Made by a program: the position numbers and the translations under genes
Notes under the pieces: generated by a model
Seen by the model: the letters and a program-made list of their open reading frames with translations, nothing else
Databases searched by the model: none
Told to the model about the DNA's origin: nothing
Source of the DNA: Antedon mediterranea
Taxonomy: Eukaryota > Animalia > Echinodermata
Direction of reading: 5' to 3'
Length of the DNA stretch: 64,000 nucleotides
NCBI RefSeq assembly: GCF_964355755.1
Contig: NC_092675.1
Location: 24,586,912 to 24,650,911, forward strand
In this document: piece after piece, positions 11,301 through 24,700 of the stretch
How positions within the stretch are numbered: position 1 is the stretch's first letter
How the letters are laid out: each line of letters opens with the position of its first letter

Positions 11301-14300
11301 TGTATTCACTCAATTTATCACGTTCTTCTGGTGAGCCATAGAGACGCCTATACTATATAGTATAGGAGTAGGCGAGCAGAGGACAGAACTGGAAGCTGTA
11401 AGTGAGATGAAAGACCTAGGCGTTGTAATTGATGATAAGCTGAGTTTCAGATCTCATGTGTCCCATGTAGCAGGAAGTTAGGTATTATTTATCAAGCATT
11501 TACATTTTTGGACCCTGAGAGTTTTTTGCTGTTATACAAGTCGCTTGTACGTCCAACCCTGGAATACTGTAATATTCCAAGTTCTTAAGTTTTTAGCAGA
11601 TGAGGATAGGTTGGAGAAGCTACAACAAAAGGCCACCCGATTCATTCCGGAACCAAGGGGTACAGAGTATGTATGTAGGCTAAAAATACTTGATCTTCCT
11701 ACGTTAATTTATAGAAGAAAGAGAGCTTCTCTGATCCAAGTATTTAAAATACTGAAAGGATTCGATATATTGAACATTGAAACCTTTTTTAATATGTCAA
11801 CTATCCATTATACTAGAGGTCATTCTTTCAAACTATCAAAGCCGCGGGTCAAAACTAAATGGGGATCAAATAATTTTGGAGCAAGAGTAGTTAACGATTG
11901 GAACGCTTTGCCGAGAGTTGTTGCAGAGTCAAAGTCATTGAATCAGTTTAAGTCGAATTTGAAAGAACACTGGAAAAACTACCACCAGAAGTTTCAGCCG
12001 TATGTAAGAGATGTGTAATTCCAGAGAGGCAAATAAGCAATTTGCTTTAGCCTTAATTTCAAGGTAAATTATCAATGAGAAAACTAAACCTAAAATCCGC
12101 AAAAAAGACTGACCGACATAATTTTTCAAGTGATACAAAAGCGAAGACCTGAAGACCATTTATCTCGGCCTTTTTTCCCTATACGCATCCAACAGTGAAT
12201 AACTAATTACAGGATGGATAAACTATTTTATAATTTATTGTGCTTATAAACTAAGTCTCATTTGAGGATGAGGAGTGGAGTTAAAAGAGTCTAAGTTACA
12301 ACAATGACATTAGGTCAGGAATGAACCCTGGTCCTTGGGATTGGAAGGCAAGCACGTTTACCACCAAGGTACATACAGCTCCACTCAACCTAAAATCCTC
12401 GACAAAACAAGACTAACATAATTGTTCAAGTACAATACCAAAGCGAAAAACCTGAAGACCATTTATCCAGGTATTTTACCACAGCATCCTGGCTAGACCT
12501 AGCATTTGTATCAGTTCTCTACTTGCAAATGAAACACAAAAGGTACAAGCCTAGTTTTGCTAACCTAAATTGATATTTGTGATGAAAACAGGTTGTTATA
12601 AAATTAATTGATTTGATTTTACATTAAAATGTAACTTACTGCATTCTTGGGCTCTCCATTGAATGCAAATTTATTGGCTGGCTTTCCATCAGGTATCTTG
12701 TAAAGTTTAAACCAATCATGAGTGGCCTACAACAAAAACCATTTTAAAATTGTATTGGTACAAATGAGAAAATCATGATACATAGTTGGATAATATGTAT
12801 ACTGGATTGTTTCTAATGAACGCCCCCTCTGAGATGTTTTCCATATTGTAATGAGTGCTCAAACAGAATTGCATGTGGTATTAAAGGGAAAATATTTATT
12901 TCACAATGATGTACTCATTAGCGATGGACTTAATGCTGTTTAAATAACTAGAACACGGGATATGGCCTAGATAAAGCTTGCACATTAACTTGTTTTTCAA
13001 CAAATAACACACTTTTTTAACTGTTTTAAAGCAGCCCCTTTGAAAAAATACAACGCCCCGGGTCGTTTATTAGAAACAATATAGTATGTGCCTTTTAAAA
13101 ATGTATTCAGAGCAAAGAGACATAATTACCCTGAGGAAGCCAGGCATTAACCTTTCAATATCATCGACATCTAACAAAAGCAAAATTATAACAATTTTAA
13201 ATAATTTAATATAAACAATCAAAAGACATTTTCTTTAGGTTTTATTATTAGTTCTGCAATGGTCTAGTTGTAGACCAATCTTAATCTTCTATGAATAATT
13301 TAATGAAATACAAACCATCTAACTTATCAGACAGTGGATCTCGAACATCAATTGCCAGAATTTTCCAGTCTGTTTCGCCTAAAAAATGTAAATAAATACT
13401 GTTAATAGCAACAAAACTGATAGTTTTCGTACAACCGCCTAAAAACAATTTTAACGAGAAAGAGAGAGAGAGAAAAAGTATAATGTTAAAAATGTATAGA
13501 TTTGATTGATAAAAACCTTATTGCAATTTATAAATAAAATTGAAATACAAATTGATGTTGAACAATTCAACAAATTAAGAAAATATATACAAAATTACGA
13601 ATTATATAAGTTATAAATAACGGAAACAATAAATTTAAATCTAAGTATAAATCTTAGTACCTGACTGCGCAAGGAAAACCATCTACCAACCATTAAAAAT
13701 ACCAGTGTTAATAATGAAGTGCTTTGATCTATTTGTATTGCACTTTAGTAGAGGAAATTCATTGACTGATCTTAATTTATATGGTACGCGACACGGTTGT
13801 GGAAGTACGTTGTGGAGAATATGGCTATGGTCCTCAAGCAAAGAAATATTAAAAAAATAAAAGAATATTTTTAAAAAGAAAATGTAATTGGTACATACCT
13901 TCATCAATTAAAGCCATCGTTCCCAATACTTTAATTTGAATAACCTCTCCTCTTTTAGCAACCTACAAATGTAGTGTAGTAAGGTATTAATTATTGTCGC
14001 ATTATTGTCACAGTAATTGTATTTGACGCACAAAATATGGGAAATAAAGATGAAAATCAAACTAGATATGAGTAGGACATTATCATCATCATTTATTCAT
14101 TCATACTGTACACATTTATTCAGTTATTTAACAATAACTGAGGCCCGCACTAGAAGCAATAGCTTGTCTCATGAGGGCCCCCTATCATACAAATTTGCAA
14201 AATACATAAAAAGAAATACAGTACTGTATAAAACAGTAAACGATAAAATAAGTCAAAAAAAAAGGAAGGAAATAAAATATTGAGCATAACAAAAGAAACT

Positions 14301-17300
14301 TGTTTAAATGGCTAATAGGTAACGTTTTACAAATTTTGTGAAAATTTCAATCATTACTAAATTTAAGTGGGCTGTAAATGGCCTGAAAGTTATTCATTGT
14401 GATGGACGGTGGACTACTGTACTTAACGCATGATCATGGGTTCGAATCCAATGCTCGTTCGCATTACCTCTCTCCAAACAGGTGTACAAATGGGTACCTA
14501 GTACAGGTCAAGACACATTATTACTGATTACTAGCTGCATTATGTGAGTATGTTTTCATACGCATTTGATCCAAAAATGACTGGGGTAACAATATGTACA
14601 GCGCTTAAACATTAGGTACTTTATAAATATAACATAATTTACTAATACATCTGAAGAGTGTTAAGTTGTTAATAGAGAACTTACTCTTTGGCCAATTTCA
14701 CAGACATCAAGTGGATCATTGTCACCTGCACAATTGGTGTCAGGATCTGTATGAGATGGATCTTCCCAAGTCTATTAAAAAAGCACATGAAAATATCAGT
14801 AAACTACTATTATTGATATGATATATGTTTTAACCATTATCAGGAATCAGGGATCACATTTGTCAGTAAAATATGATTTTTAAATAGTGTCTACCAGACA
14901 CCTGCGGGATGGCCAAATACTGCCCATCTGAGTTTCCGGAAAGTCTGGTAAGGAAAGAAAGCGAGAACTAAAATCTGGTCATCAGGTGCTACTGCACATT
15001 CCGAGGAGAAAACATAGTTGGGAAGATCAGACTTTAAGTGTTGCTGGACCTAGGCTCTACAACCACCTACCTTTGACCATTAAACAAACATAATTATTGA
15101 ACACCTTTAAGTCACTACTCAAAATTCACATAATTTTGCAATATTTTTGATAGCGCCATGAGCAATAATTGTTGGAATGGCGCTATATGAATCGAACGAT
15201 TAATTTATTTATTACCTGAGGGATGGCGCCATAGTTCCAGATATAACCTTGGTAAGGGAATACATTCTTTACATATCTTAGCTTATTCTTCTTTATGTCT
15301 TGCTTAATTGGGTTCATGTCCAACTTTGTTCCAATCTATGGTACAAGTATAAACAAAATATAAATGTATTTTTCTGATGTAAAAATGGACAATAAATGTG
15401 AAAAAGCAGTACAATCATTCATTCAATTCACATTTAGTACTGTACACCTTCAGTAGTATATTAGGCTGCTAATACCACAATAATTTATCCAGAGAGTCTA
15501 ACCCTGATTTATCGATACAGTTATTGCTTTATACAGTATCTTAAACAGTATGATGATATATATTATTATTTCTTGTATACTACTGTATTAGGGGATGTTT
15601 TTTCCTTGGCAACCTCCTTTATGTGTTCAGTTTAGTATTGGTTCCGTGTCTGTGAATCAGGTATTACTGTTATTAGTATTTTATTCTATTGTAATTTATT
15701 TTTTTTAACTAACTGTCAGAGTTAACATTTAAAACCTAATATTACAGTTTTCGTGATATATTTTTAATTGCTAACTAATGTAACAGCATCTGAAACAAGG
15801 TCATCATTTTTACTCAGTCTCCAATACTACTGAACATTAGTAATTTACATGTATTTAATAAAATTGTCCATTACAGTTGTGTAACCTAAACTCGTTCCTG
15901 TCTCTTCATCCAAAACTGTTATTCACTACTGTATACAAATCAATTTGGTATAGAAATTGCAAACAAGTAAACATTTAAAAAAAATCAATATAGAAAATTA
16001 TTAATTGAAACCTACAATCAATATTAGCAATTAACAATCAATACAAGCTGCATGTTGTGATTCATTAGAGTAATTAGTTAATTATTTTTGTAATGCTTGA
16101 GTGAGCACACAAAACTGAAACCCTGGTCTACTGTACACTACCAGCAAAATGCATACAATTAAACATTACTACCAACCTCCATTTTAGCATTTGTCCACCT
16201 AGGTATCTCCACAACCATATGTAAATTTGATTGCTGTAAACAAAAAATTACAAAATTATAGTAAAGCCTGTTTTCCTGTCGACGTCATTCAATGCTATCG
16301 TTAACAATAATCGACAATCTTCTACGTAAACATTGAAATGTTTCCGATTTACAGGAAAAGGTACTCGCTATCGTTATCATACCAACTTGATCGTTTTCAA
16401 ACGATCGTCATTGAACTGTTAATGATAAATGACGATAGCGTCGATAACGTCGACAGGAAAACAGGCTTAAATTGTCAGTGTACTGTAAATACTGTATATT
16501 AACATTCAGTGCAATTAGTGTAAATATTCAAATTAAATTATCATCAAAATATTTTATAATGCTTTATTAACTTTAAAAAGAATAGGTGTCCATTAAAACA
16601 GTTACAATGTTGTAATTTATTTGTATTACTAATTAATACACAATGTTTTTATCCTTCTGTGCTCTCAACTGCTGGCTGTAACCCTCCATAAACATTTTTC
16701 AAGGAGGGTTAACACCGAGCAATGGATGACATAACCTACAGTAGGAGTGCATGACACAACCTAGGTGTAGATGAAAGGTGTAGATGAAAACTGTATACCG
16801 TCATACAAAAAAATCAATACATATTATTCTACTGCTCATTTCCATTGCCCTTTTTGTTATATACTGCTTGTTTAAATTTCCACAGTTTATGTTAAAATAA
16901 TCACTGTGCTTGTTAATGTATACCATGGAGTATTACACTGGTATACAGTACATCATTCTTATCATTATTATACCTACCCCTTTGTTGGCATATACTGGAA
17001 TATCATGAAATGGTGAAATATATGATCCATTAGAATTCCCTGTTAATTAAAATGGAAAAAAAATATTAATGCATTAAACAGAAAACAATCAAGAGGTATA
17101 AGCTGTACATGCAACCACATTTAACCCTACTTCTGATATTTTAACTTCATTTTATTTATTTACAAAAAGCAAAATTCAAAATATGTTGACAAAATGTGAA
17201 TCAAATTAATAGTTAATGCCTTGTATCTGGAAAAACTCAAATAAGCACAGAGAGCTGCATCGTCATATCATTTAAGAAATATTCGAGGCATCAGAAAATA

Positions 17301-20300
17301 CTTAAATCGTGCAGCTGCTGAGCAACTTGTACATGCATTTGTTAGTTCGCGTCTCGATATGTGTAACTCCTTGTTATTTGGTCTTCCACAAAAACAACTC
17401 CACAGGCTTCAGCTGATTCAAAATACAGCGGCACGAGTTATTAAAAAACTACCAAGATATGCACACATATCAAATACCTTGGAAACTTTGCATTGGCTTC
17501 CTGTTAGGTACCGCATAGTCTGGGTTCCAGACGGAGTTTTGTCTTAATATTAGTTAAAAGATAAATATTTTGGCACATATGGCGTTTCATACGTATACTA
17601 CTTGATTTTGGATACTCCGTCTGGGGAAACACGCACAAGTCACGTGGTTTGACACCAAGAATTCTTGGTGCATACGATTATCCGGTTGACTAGTTTCAGC
17701 TGCATGCGATTGGCTACTCTCTCGTACACTGTTTAAATATTCATATTTAAGAATTTCAAAGACTCAACAACTAAGATGATGCGCTATGTTACGTTTAGAC
17801 AATGTGTACTTGGGTACATTTATGAAAGTTCTGAAGGCTAGAAATTATTTTATATGCCTAGTAGTCTGGTAAACATTTGATGGGATCTTTGAAACATGAA
17901 AACTCGTCTTGATATATGATAGGCTAGCTTCTCCGCAAATCAAACATTGAATGGATCATTTATTACGCGGAGATAATTTTGATTTAATTCCCACCCAGAC
18001 CCTGTCCAGTTCTGTGTGGTGGTGTAGCCCTGTTGTGTGCCGGTGGTATGTAGGCCTACTTCATTGGCGTTTTATTTGGCAGGTCATACGTGCGAGTTGA
18101 GTAGGACCTACGAAAGAGGCCTAGGCCAAGGACTAAACAATTAATAAACTTGGCATTACTATTTTATATTTCAACAGTCACAGTCATATTTCAATCGTAC
18201 ATTAAGCACTGGTAGGCCTACGTACTCGATCTCTTTCATTTTGAAACAAAATGATCATTATGGTTGATTCGAAATCCATATTTACATACCGCCCGCCCCA
18301 TATAGCCAAATACGGTATGATAACCTACGTCATTCTTATCGTATGTTTGCGGTCTGCAAATCGATTTCTATACGTGTTTCACAAGTCTGTATTTTCAGAC
18401 AAAAATCGCGGTCGAAATAAAAACAAATAAATAATAAAAAAAGATAATACAGACTTGGGGCAAGTCTAGGTACCGCATTGTTTTTAAGTCTATTAATGGG
18501 ATGGCTCCTGAATATATTTCTGACATGCTTAGGCTGTATGTTCCCAGACGGAATCTGTGTTCTAGTGATACGCTGCTTCTACATCAACCTAAGTCTCGCC
18601 ACTCATGGGGAGACAGAGCTTTCACCGTTACTGCTCCTCGATCGTCTATGGAATGCTCTACCAAGCTCTATCAGATTTTGCAAAACTGTTGATACTTTTA
18701 AAAAATTATTAAAAACACATTTATTCATTAAGGCATATGGAAATCATGAGGTTTCTTAAAGTTCTAGAATTTTATAGTATACTTTTTCCCGACCAGCATT
18801 ATCTTTGGGGTGCCTCTGTCTTGGTTGTTGTCTCTGAGCACCCGGTCGTCTGTGGCAAGGCAAATGTGTATCCTGTTCCTTTGTTTGGTCACCTAGGTAG
18901 GGGTCCGGGACCGCGACAGAACGAGAACAGATGGGGACCCTCCAAAGAAATTGCATTTTATTTGTCAGGCATTTGTATGATTTGTTTTTATTTTTTTGAA
19001 TGCGCCTTGAGCACTCTTGAGTGGTATGTGCGCTATAAAAATCCTGTTATTATTATTATTAAGACAGGTTCCACCAGAAAAAAAGTTGTTATAAAAAATT
19101 TAGATCAATGTTCATAGACAGAGACAAACCGGGGTTACAGACGGTACACACACTACGCAAGAGACCATGTATAGATGAAGAAAAGACAAACAAACAAATA
19201 GATAAGACGTGACATTATTATTATGGGAGAAGCATGTTGTTAAAGTTAAAAAAGGAAGTGCAACATCATAATTCACACAATTTTGTTTGAATTGCGCTAG
19301 ATACAAATTTACATTATTAAATTATTATTAGTATTATAGAACTGTATACAATAATAATCATCATCACGATGGTTTCCATAACGATAGTAGCTCATAACTA
19401 TTAGAGACCATTGTCATCATTTGCCATTACCATGGTGATTTTAACTGTAATGTTCTATCTTGAGAAATTATTTTAATATTTGGTCATCATCAAATGACAG
19501 TCATGATTACAAATTATTATCACATTTTACAATTCTGAACAACAAAAATTGCAAAAATTATTAACTTTACTTTACAGATGTTTTTGTTTTATAAAGCATA
19601 CCATTTTTTGTACAGTAATTGTTTTTAAATATATTACCCTAAAAAACATTAATATTGTTTTACAGATTTGTGTTTTAGGTCTAATATTTTTTTCTGTAAT
19701 TGTTTTTCACGATATTTTCCCCCAAAATATGAAGAATTAATAATGAATAAAATCAAAATTTGATTCAATTTTTTAGTTTTGATAACGAGAAAATAAGCAG
19801 TTAATTTTTACTAAAAGCCCATTGAATTCAAGACAATTTTCCGGTTATTGTATATGATTGTAGAGTATTTTACCTTGCAACACAACATTTGCAAAATAAA
19901 TTTGCATATTACAGTAAGCATAAGAAATGAGTATACTAGAGTTATTTCTTTATCTAAGCTAACAAAATCTGAATAAAAATATTCACAATATTTTAAAATT
20001 TGTATTCTTATTCCGTCCACTCCAGTTTGGGAAACAACCTTTAAAAATACAAATATGTAATTGTAAAGTATAATTGCACTATATCTAGACATTTTACAAT
20101 CAATAGGCCTATTAATTACAGTTAAATTAATGTATTGTATGATACTGTTCTTCCAGAATTTGTTATTTTCTCATATTTATTGTTCTTCATTTTCATATTA
20201 ATTATAAATTAATTGCACACAGTGCAATATAAAAGTAGTTTGAATGCTGCATTTTACTACAGAGTATATTGATGAGATTTCAGCATCTGTTACACAAACA

Positions 20301-21058
20301 ATGTAAAAAATCAATTATTTTTCCAAACATATTCAAGAAAAAGATATACCTTCAAGGAAATTTGACTGGGAAATTCCGAAGTGTTCAATAATACATTGTA
20401 ATGAAACAACAAAGACATTATTAGTAATGGACAACTAGGTCTATTTAAGTTCTTTTAATAAAGGCTGGACAAAATATATATCTATGTGCATTAAAAAAAA
20501 TGTATTTTATTGTTAATCACAGAAAACAAAAAAAATTTCCAATTTATAAAATTAAATAATGGATTCCCCCCCCCCCCCCCACAGTTATTTTACACCCCTC
20601 TCTGGTCTCTCTGTACTGTAGACACTGTTGGGCTAACAGACAAGAAGGGTGAAAAACACCGAGCGATTAAGTAAAACGGGATATCTAACACTATAATATT
20701 CAATAAAGATAATAGTGAGTAAATTATGAATTACAACGAGAGTGGCACACCCATGAATTTAGACAGCGGCCGAAATAATAATAATACGCTGACTGGCGAC
20801 CGAGGTTACTACCAGTCAGCCGAGGCTACTAAGGCCGACAACCAAATAAGCTCAGCCTAGGCCTAACCTCTATGGTACAATATGCAAAGGAAACGTCTTA
20901 CTAAAATATATACTGTAGTCTGATGAGTTTGGCGCTCCTTTTTCAACTGTGGAGTAGGTTGACATATTTGGTTGTTTTAGATGAGATCCAGTTATCAAAA
21001 GACGAACAGCAGGATTTACCCCACGTAATCCAGCTCTTATCAACAACGGTGGCGACAT
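8391..21058 (-). CDS. PPA1: Family I inorganic pyrophosphatase (PPA1/PPA2 homolog), 13 exons
   Basis: Exons 20902-21058, 16978-17039, 16177-16233, 15216-15335, 14685-14771, 13899-13962, 13316-13378, 13130-13170, 12640-12726, 11125-11210, 10308-10384, 9786-9819, 8391-8422 splice in frame. Motifs [76 protein letters not shown]. Confidence 0.95.
8603..9518. mobile_element. Non-autonomous TIR DNA transposon (~0.9 kb), Harbinger-like
   Basis: TIR CGCCCGTATTCTTAAACCGGACTTTAGTCGTAGTTCGA at both ends, flanked by TAA/TTA; subterminal TAGTCG repeats. Confidence 0.8.
10680..10803 (+). mobile_element. SINE 3' part (same family as 14380-14620)
   Basis: Shared CTGATTACTAGCTGCATTATG...GATCCAAAAA-TGACTG...CAGCGCTTA; (ATT)n tail. 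Confidence 0.55.
11370..12018 (+). pseudogene. CR1-clade LINE, 3' fragment of ORF2 (decayed)
   Basis: [13 protein letters not shown], frameshifted [12 protein letters not shown], [31 protein letters not shown]. Confidence 0.85.
12313..12382 (-). mobile_element. tRNA-derived SINE head
   Basis: Reverse strand reads TTGGTGGTAAACGTGCTTGCCTTCCAATCCCAAGGACCAGGGTTCATTCCTG: A/B-box-like and tRNA-Gly-like but degenerate. Confidence 0.45.
12800..13086. mobile_element. Tc1/mariner-pogo-like MITE (decayed)
   Basis: Imperfect TIR TACTGGATTGTTTCTAATGAACGCCCC ... GGGTCGTTTATTAGAAACAATATAGTA. Confidence 0.55.
14380..14620 (+). mobile_element. tRNA-derived SINE
   Basis: B box GGGTTCGAATCC, central CAGGTGTACAAATGGGTACC, 3' part shared with 10680-10803. 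Confidence 0.6.
16265..16467. mobile_element. PIF/Harbinger-type MITE
   Basis: 21 bp TIR AGCCTGTTTTCCTGTCGACGT with direct TAA TSD at 16262-16264 and 16468-16470. Confidence 0.8.
17230..19061 (+). pseudogene. L2/Crack-type LINE 3' fragment, split by a nested DNA transposon
   Basis: [21 protein letters not shown]...[10 protein letters not shown]|VFK...APEYISDML...GDRAF...LWNALP...[10 protein letters not shown]; (ATT)n tail at about 19047-19061. Confidence 0.85.
17516..18468. mobile_element. Non-autonomous DNA transposon with TAG...CTA ends and 9 bp TSD (AcademH-like)
   Basis: TSD GGTACCGCA at 17507-17515 and 18469-18477; removing the insert restores LINE codons PVRYRIVFK. Family assignment is inference. 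Confidence 0.75.
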
Positions 21059-21746
21059 GTGCAAACAAAATTATGATGAGAGAGCTTGCCTTTTTATTGA
21101 CCGCCGTTGAAGGAGTACGCCCCCATGTGTGGTGCTGGAGAAATATTTATTGATACAAGAGAGGGTGAGCTCGCTTCGCTCGCTCCCCCTCTAGGAAGTG
21201 TAGACGATGGTTCTCGGAATTCAATGATAATGTTCTCCTTATACGTTTTCTGTCGGTTGTTACCATTATTGAAAATGCTTGACATTCGTAAAACTAAACT
21301 ACTTTGTTTCACAGTGTTTTAGATGATTAATAACATTTTAAAGTATAGTTTTTATTGTTTGGTAGGGCCCTTTGGGGAGGCGGAGGTCATTTGAGGGAGG
21401 TGCTTATTCGAGGGATATATGTTAAATTTTTTAGTTTTAATAATATGGTAACATTTTAATCAGATGAAATCCTCTAATAGATATGAAAAGTGGTAAAAAA
21501 GAATAACAAATGCTTGGTAAATTGTAGATAACAGTGCAGTGAATTCTACTACAAATAGTATGTTATTATAAATATGTGGATGGACGTTTATTAGATAGTT
21601 GGGTTGTGGGGGGTTATTATTCAAAGTGATGTTTTATTGGAGAGGCGTTTATTCAAATGAATACCATCCTAATAATTATTAATACATTATTTAATTTAAT
21701 CATCTTTTGAAACTAACTGCCGTGACAGAGTGGGCCCAAGAGAGAA

Positions 21747-24700
21747 CCCAGGTAGCAAGCCCATGGGCCCATATATAAATTACCTGGGCAAGTTTATGTG
21801 GGCTATGGAATATTCAACCCATATGGGGCCCAGGTGGGAAAACACACATATAACCTGCCCATATTTTACCCACATGGGGCCCATCTGTAAAATATATGGG
21901 CAGATACATATGGGCTTGCCCATTTTTAACCCATATGGGATTCATAAACCAAACAGCTGGGAAAATGCATATGGGTTTGCCCACACCCAATATACATGGG
22001 GCCCATATGACATAAACCTGGGTTGTTACATATGGGTATGCCCATATACAATGTACATGGGGCCCATCTGTATAATATATGGGCAGATACATATGGGTTG
22101 CCCATTTATGACCCATATGGGATTTGTAAGTTAAAAGCATGGGCAAATACATATGGGTTTTCCCATACAAAAAATACATGGGGCCCACATGCCATAAACA
22201 TGGGCTGATACATATGGGTATGCCCATATACAATGTACATGGGGCCCATATATACAATTTATGGGCTGGTACATATGGGTTGCCCATTTTTTACCCATAT
22301 GGGTATCGTAAGCTAAAAGCATGGGCAAATACATATGGGTTTTCCCACACACACAATACATGGGGCCCATATGCCATAAACATGGGCTGATACATATGGG
22401 TATGCCCATATACAACGTACATGGGGCCCACCTATACAAAAGATGGGCAGGTACATATGGGTTGCCCATTTGTGACCCATATGGGATTCATAAGCTACAA
22501 GCATGGGCAAATACATATGGGTTTGCCCACACAAAAAACACACGGGCCCATATGCCATAAACCTGGGCTGATACATATGGGTATGCCCATATACAACGTA
22601 CATGGGACCCACCTATACAATAGATGGGCAGGTACATATGGGTTGCCCATTTGTGACCCATATGGGATTCATAAGCTAAAAGCATGGGCAAATACATATG
22701 GGTTTGTCCACACAAAAAATACACGGGGCCCATATGCCATAAACCTGGGCTGATACATATGGGTATGCCCATATACAACGTACATGGGACCCACATATAC
22801 AATAGATGGGCAGGTACATATGGGTTGCCCATTTGTGACCCATATGGGATTCATAAGCTAAAAGCATGGGCAAATACATATGGGTTTGTCCACACAAAAA
22901 ATACACGGGGCCCATATGCCATAAACCAGGGCTGATACATATGGGTAATGCCCATATACAACTTACATGGGGCCCATCTGTACAATATATGGGCAAACAC
23001 ATATGGGTTGCCCATTTGTGATCCATATGGGATTCGTAAGCGAAAAGCATGGGCAAATACATATGGGTATTCCCATTAAATGTATTTTGGAACACCCACA
23101 ACATACATGGGGTTCATCTGTAAAATATATGGGCATGCAGTTGCCACATATGGGATAAGAAACGCCCTGATAAATTATTTGTTACCCACAAAACGTAAAA
23201 ACGTATAAAACGTACATGAACCTACTACAGTATATGTAAACATTTCCATAAAGACATACAGTAGGCCTACTGAAAAGATATACATTTCAATATTACAGAC
23301 AGATAAAATTACTGAAGTATGGGAATGAAAAGTATTGAAGATTGGGTGGCACGATACAGTATTAAACAATACAATACATATCGACCAATATGAATTAAAA
23401 CAAACTAAGTACTAAAATCAATGCATTCATAATGTTTTATATAGGCATGTACTGTATAATCATTGGGAATCCTTGACAATGAAACAATCCGAGGTCAACT
23501 TTCAAAGGCAAGTACAGTATTCTATGGAACGCCGTTTACGCAACATTTCGATGATATGAATTTTATGACGCGATATGTGAATGAAATGCATCGATATGAA
23601 TTAAATGGTGCGATATATGAATGAAATGTTTTGAATTGAATGCTTTGAATTGAATATTTTGAATGAAATGTTTTGAATGAAATGTTTTGAACTATAGTAC
23701 AACAAGATGTAAGGTAAGTTATTAATTTGAATACTCTATTTATTATTATATAATACGGCCGGCAATGTAACAATGTAAAGCTTTTAATTACACTATTATT
23801 TTAGGCATCAATGCATGTGTGCAGCATGTATGTTTAAGAAGCAGGCTAGGCCATGGCTAGCAGATTATAAAATGTTAGAGGTCCATGTTTTGTGTATAAT
23901 TATTATATAAAAATCATCTTAAGTTATATTTCTATTTAACACATTTTCAGACCATAGGCTCGTAATATGTAGCCGAGATAGCCAGTACAATAACATTGTA
24001 GCACTAGCTAGCAAAAATCAATTGGGTTGGACTGGAAAGAAATTTCAGAAAAAATAAGATGCCTGTATAATCTAACATCGGTAAGTGCGTTTAAATCACA
24101 TTATATATTAGTCTTCTTTCCATTATTAGGGAACGTATTCACGTACACTTATAATACTATAATTCAAATTTCATAATTATTTCTTCTTTCAAAAGCAAGG
24201 TGGACATTGTTTTTCTAAATTATAGAAAATAATAAAACAATATTAACATATAAACATATTAACTTGTTAATAGGAGGGTAACATAAATAAATCTTGGAAT
24301 AGATTTATTTTTTAAATCATTATTAAAAATATCATAATCGATCGAAATAAATCTGTCCTCAACAGTGTTTTGTTTACAAATTTAGCAATCTAAGATACGT
24401 AAATAATTTTAAGTTTACATTTTTGTTTCTTTTTTCAGGAACCCAAAATCAAATATTGTGGGAACAAAATGACAAAGTGACAATTTTGTAGAAGGCAAAG
24501 AAGTACTGATGGGGCGCGATGGAAGGCTTGATAAGCCCGAAATAAAACCCGTAGATAAACTTTACGACGCTTGATTTAAACGCTACAGATTCATGTTGAA
24601 CATTGTCAAATGTTTCATTATTTATAGATCATTTAGTATTTTTGTTGTTGTAAAGAATTTAACTTTCGATAAATCAATCATCAAGTACTCACTTCAGCTA

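Noticed and set aside
12313-12382. Possible tRNA-Gly gene
   Set aside because: Acceptor stem and B box are degenerate; better explained as a SINE head.
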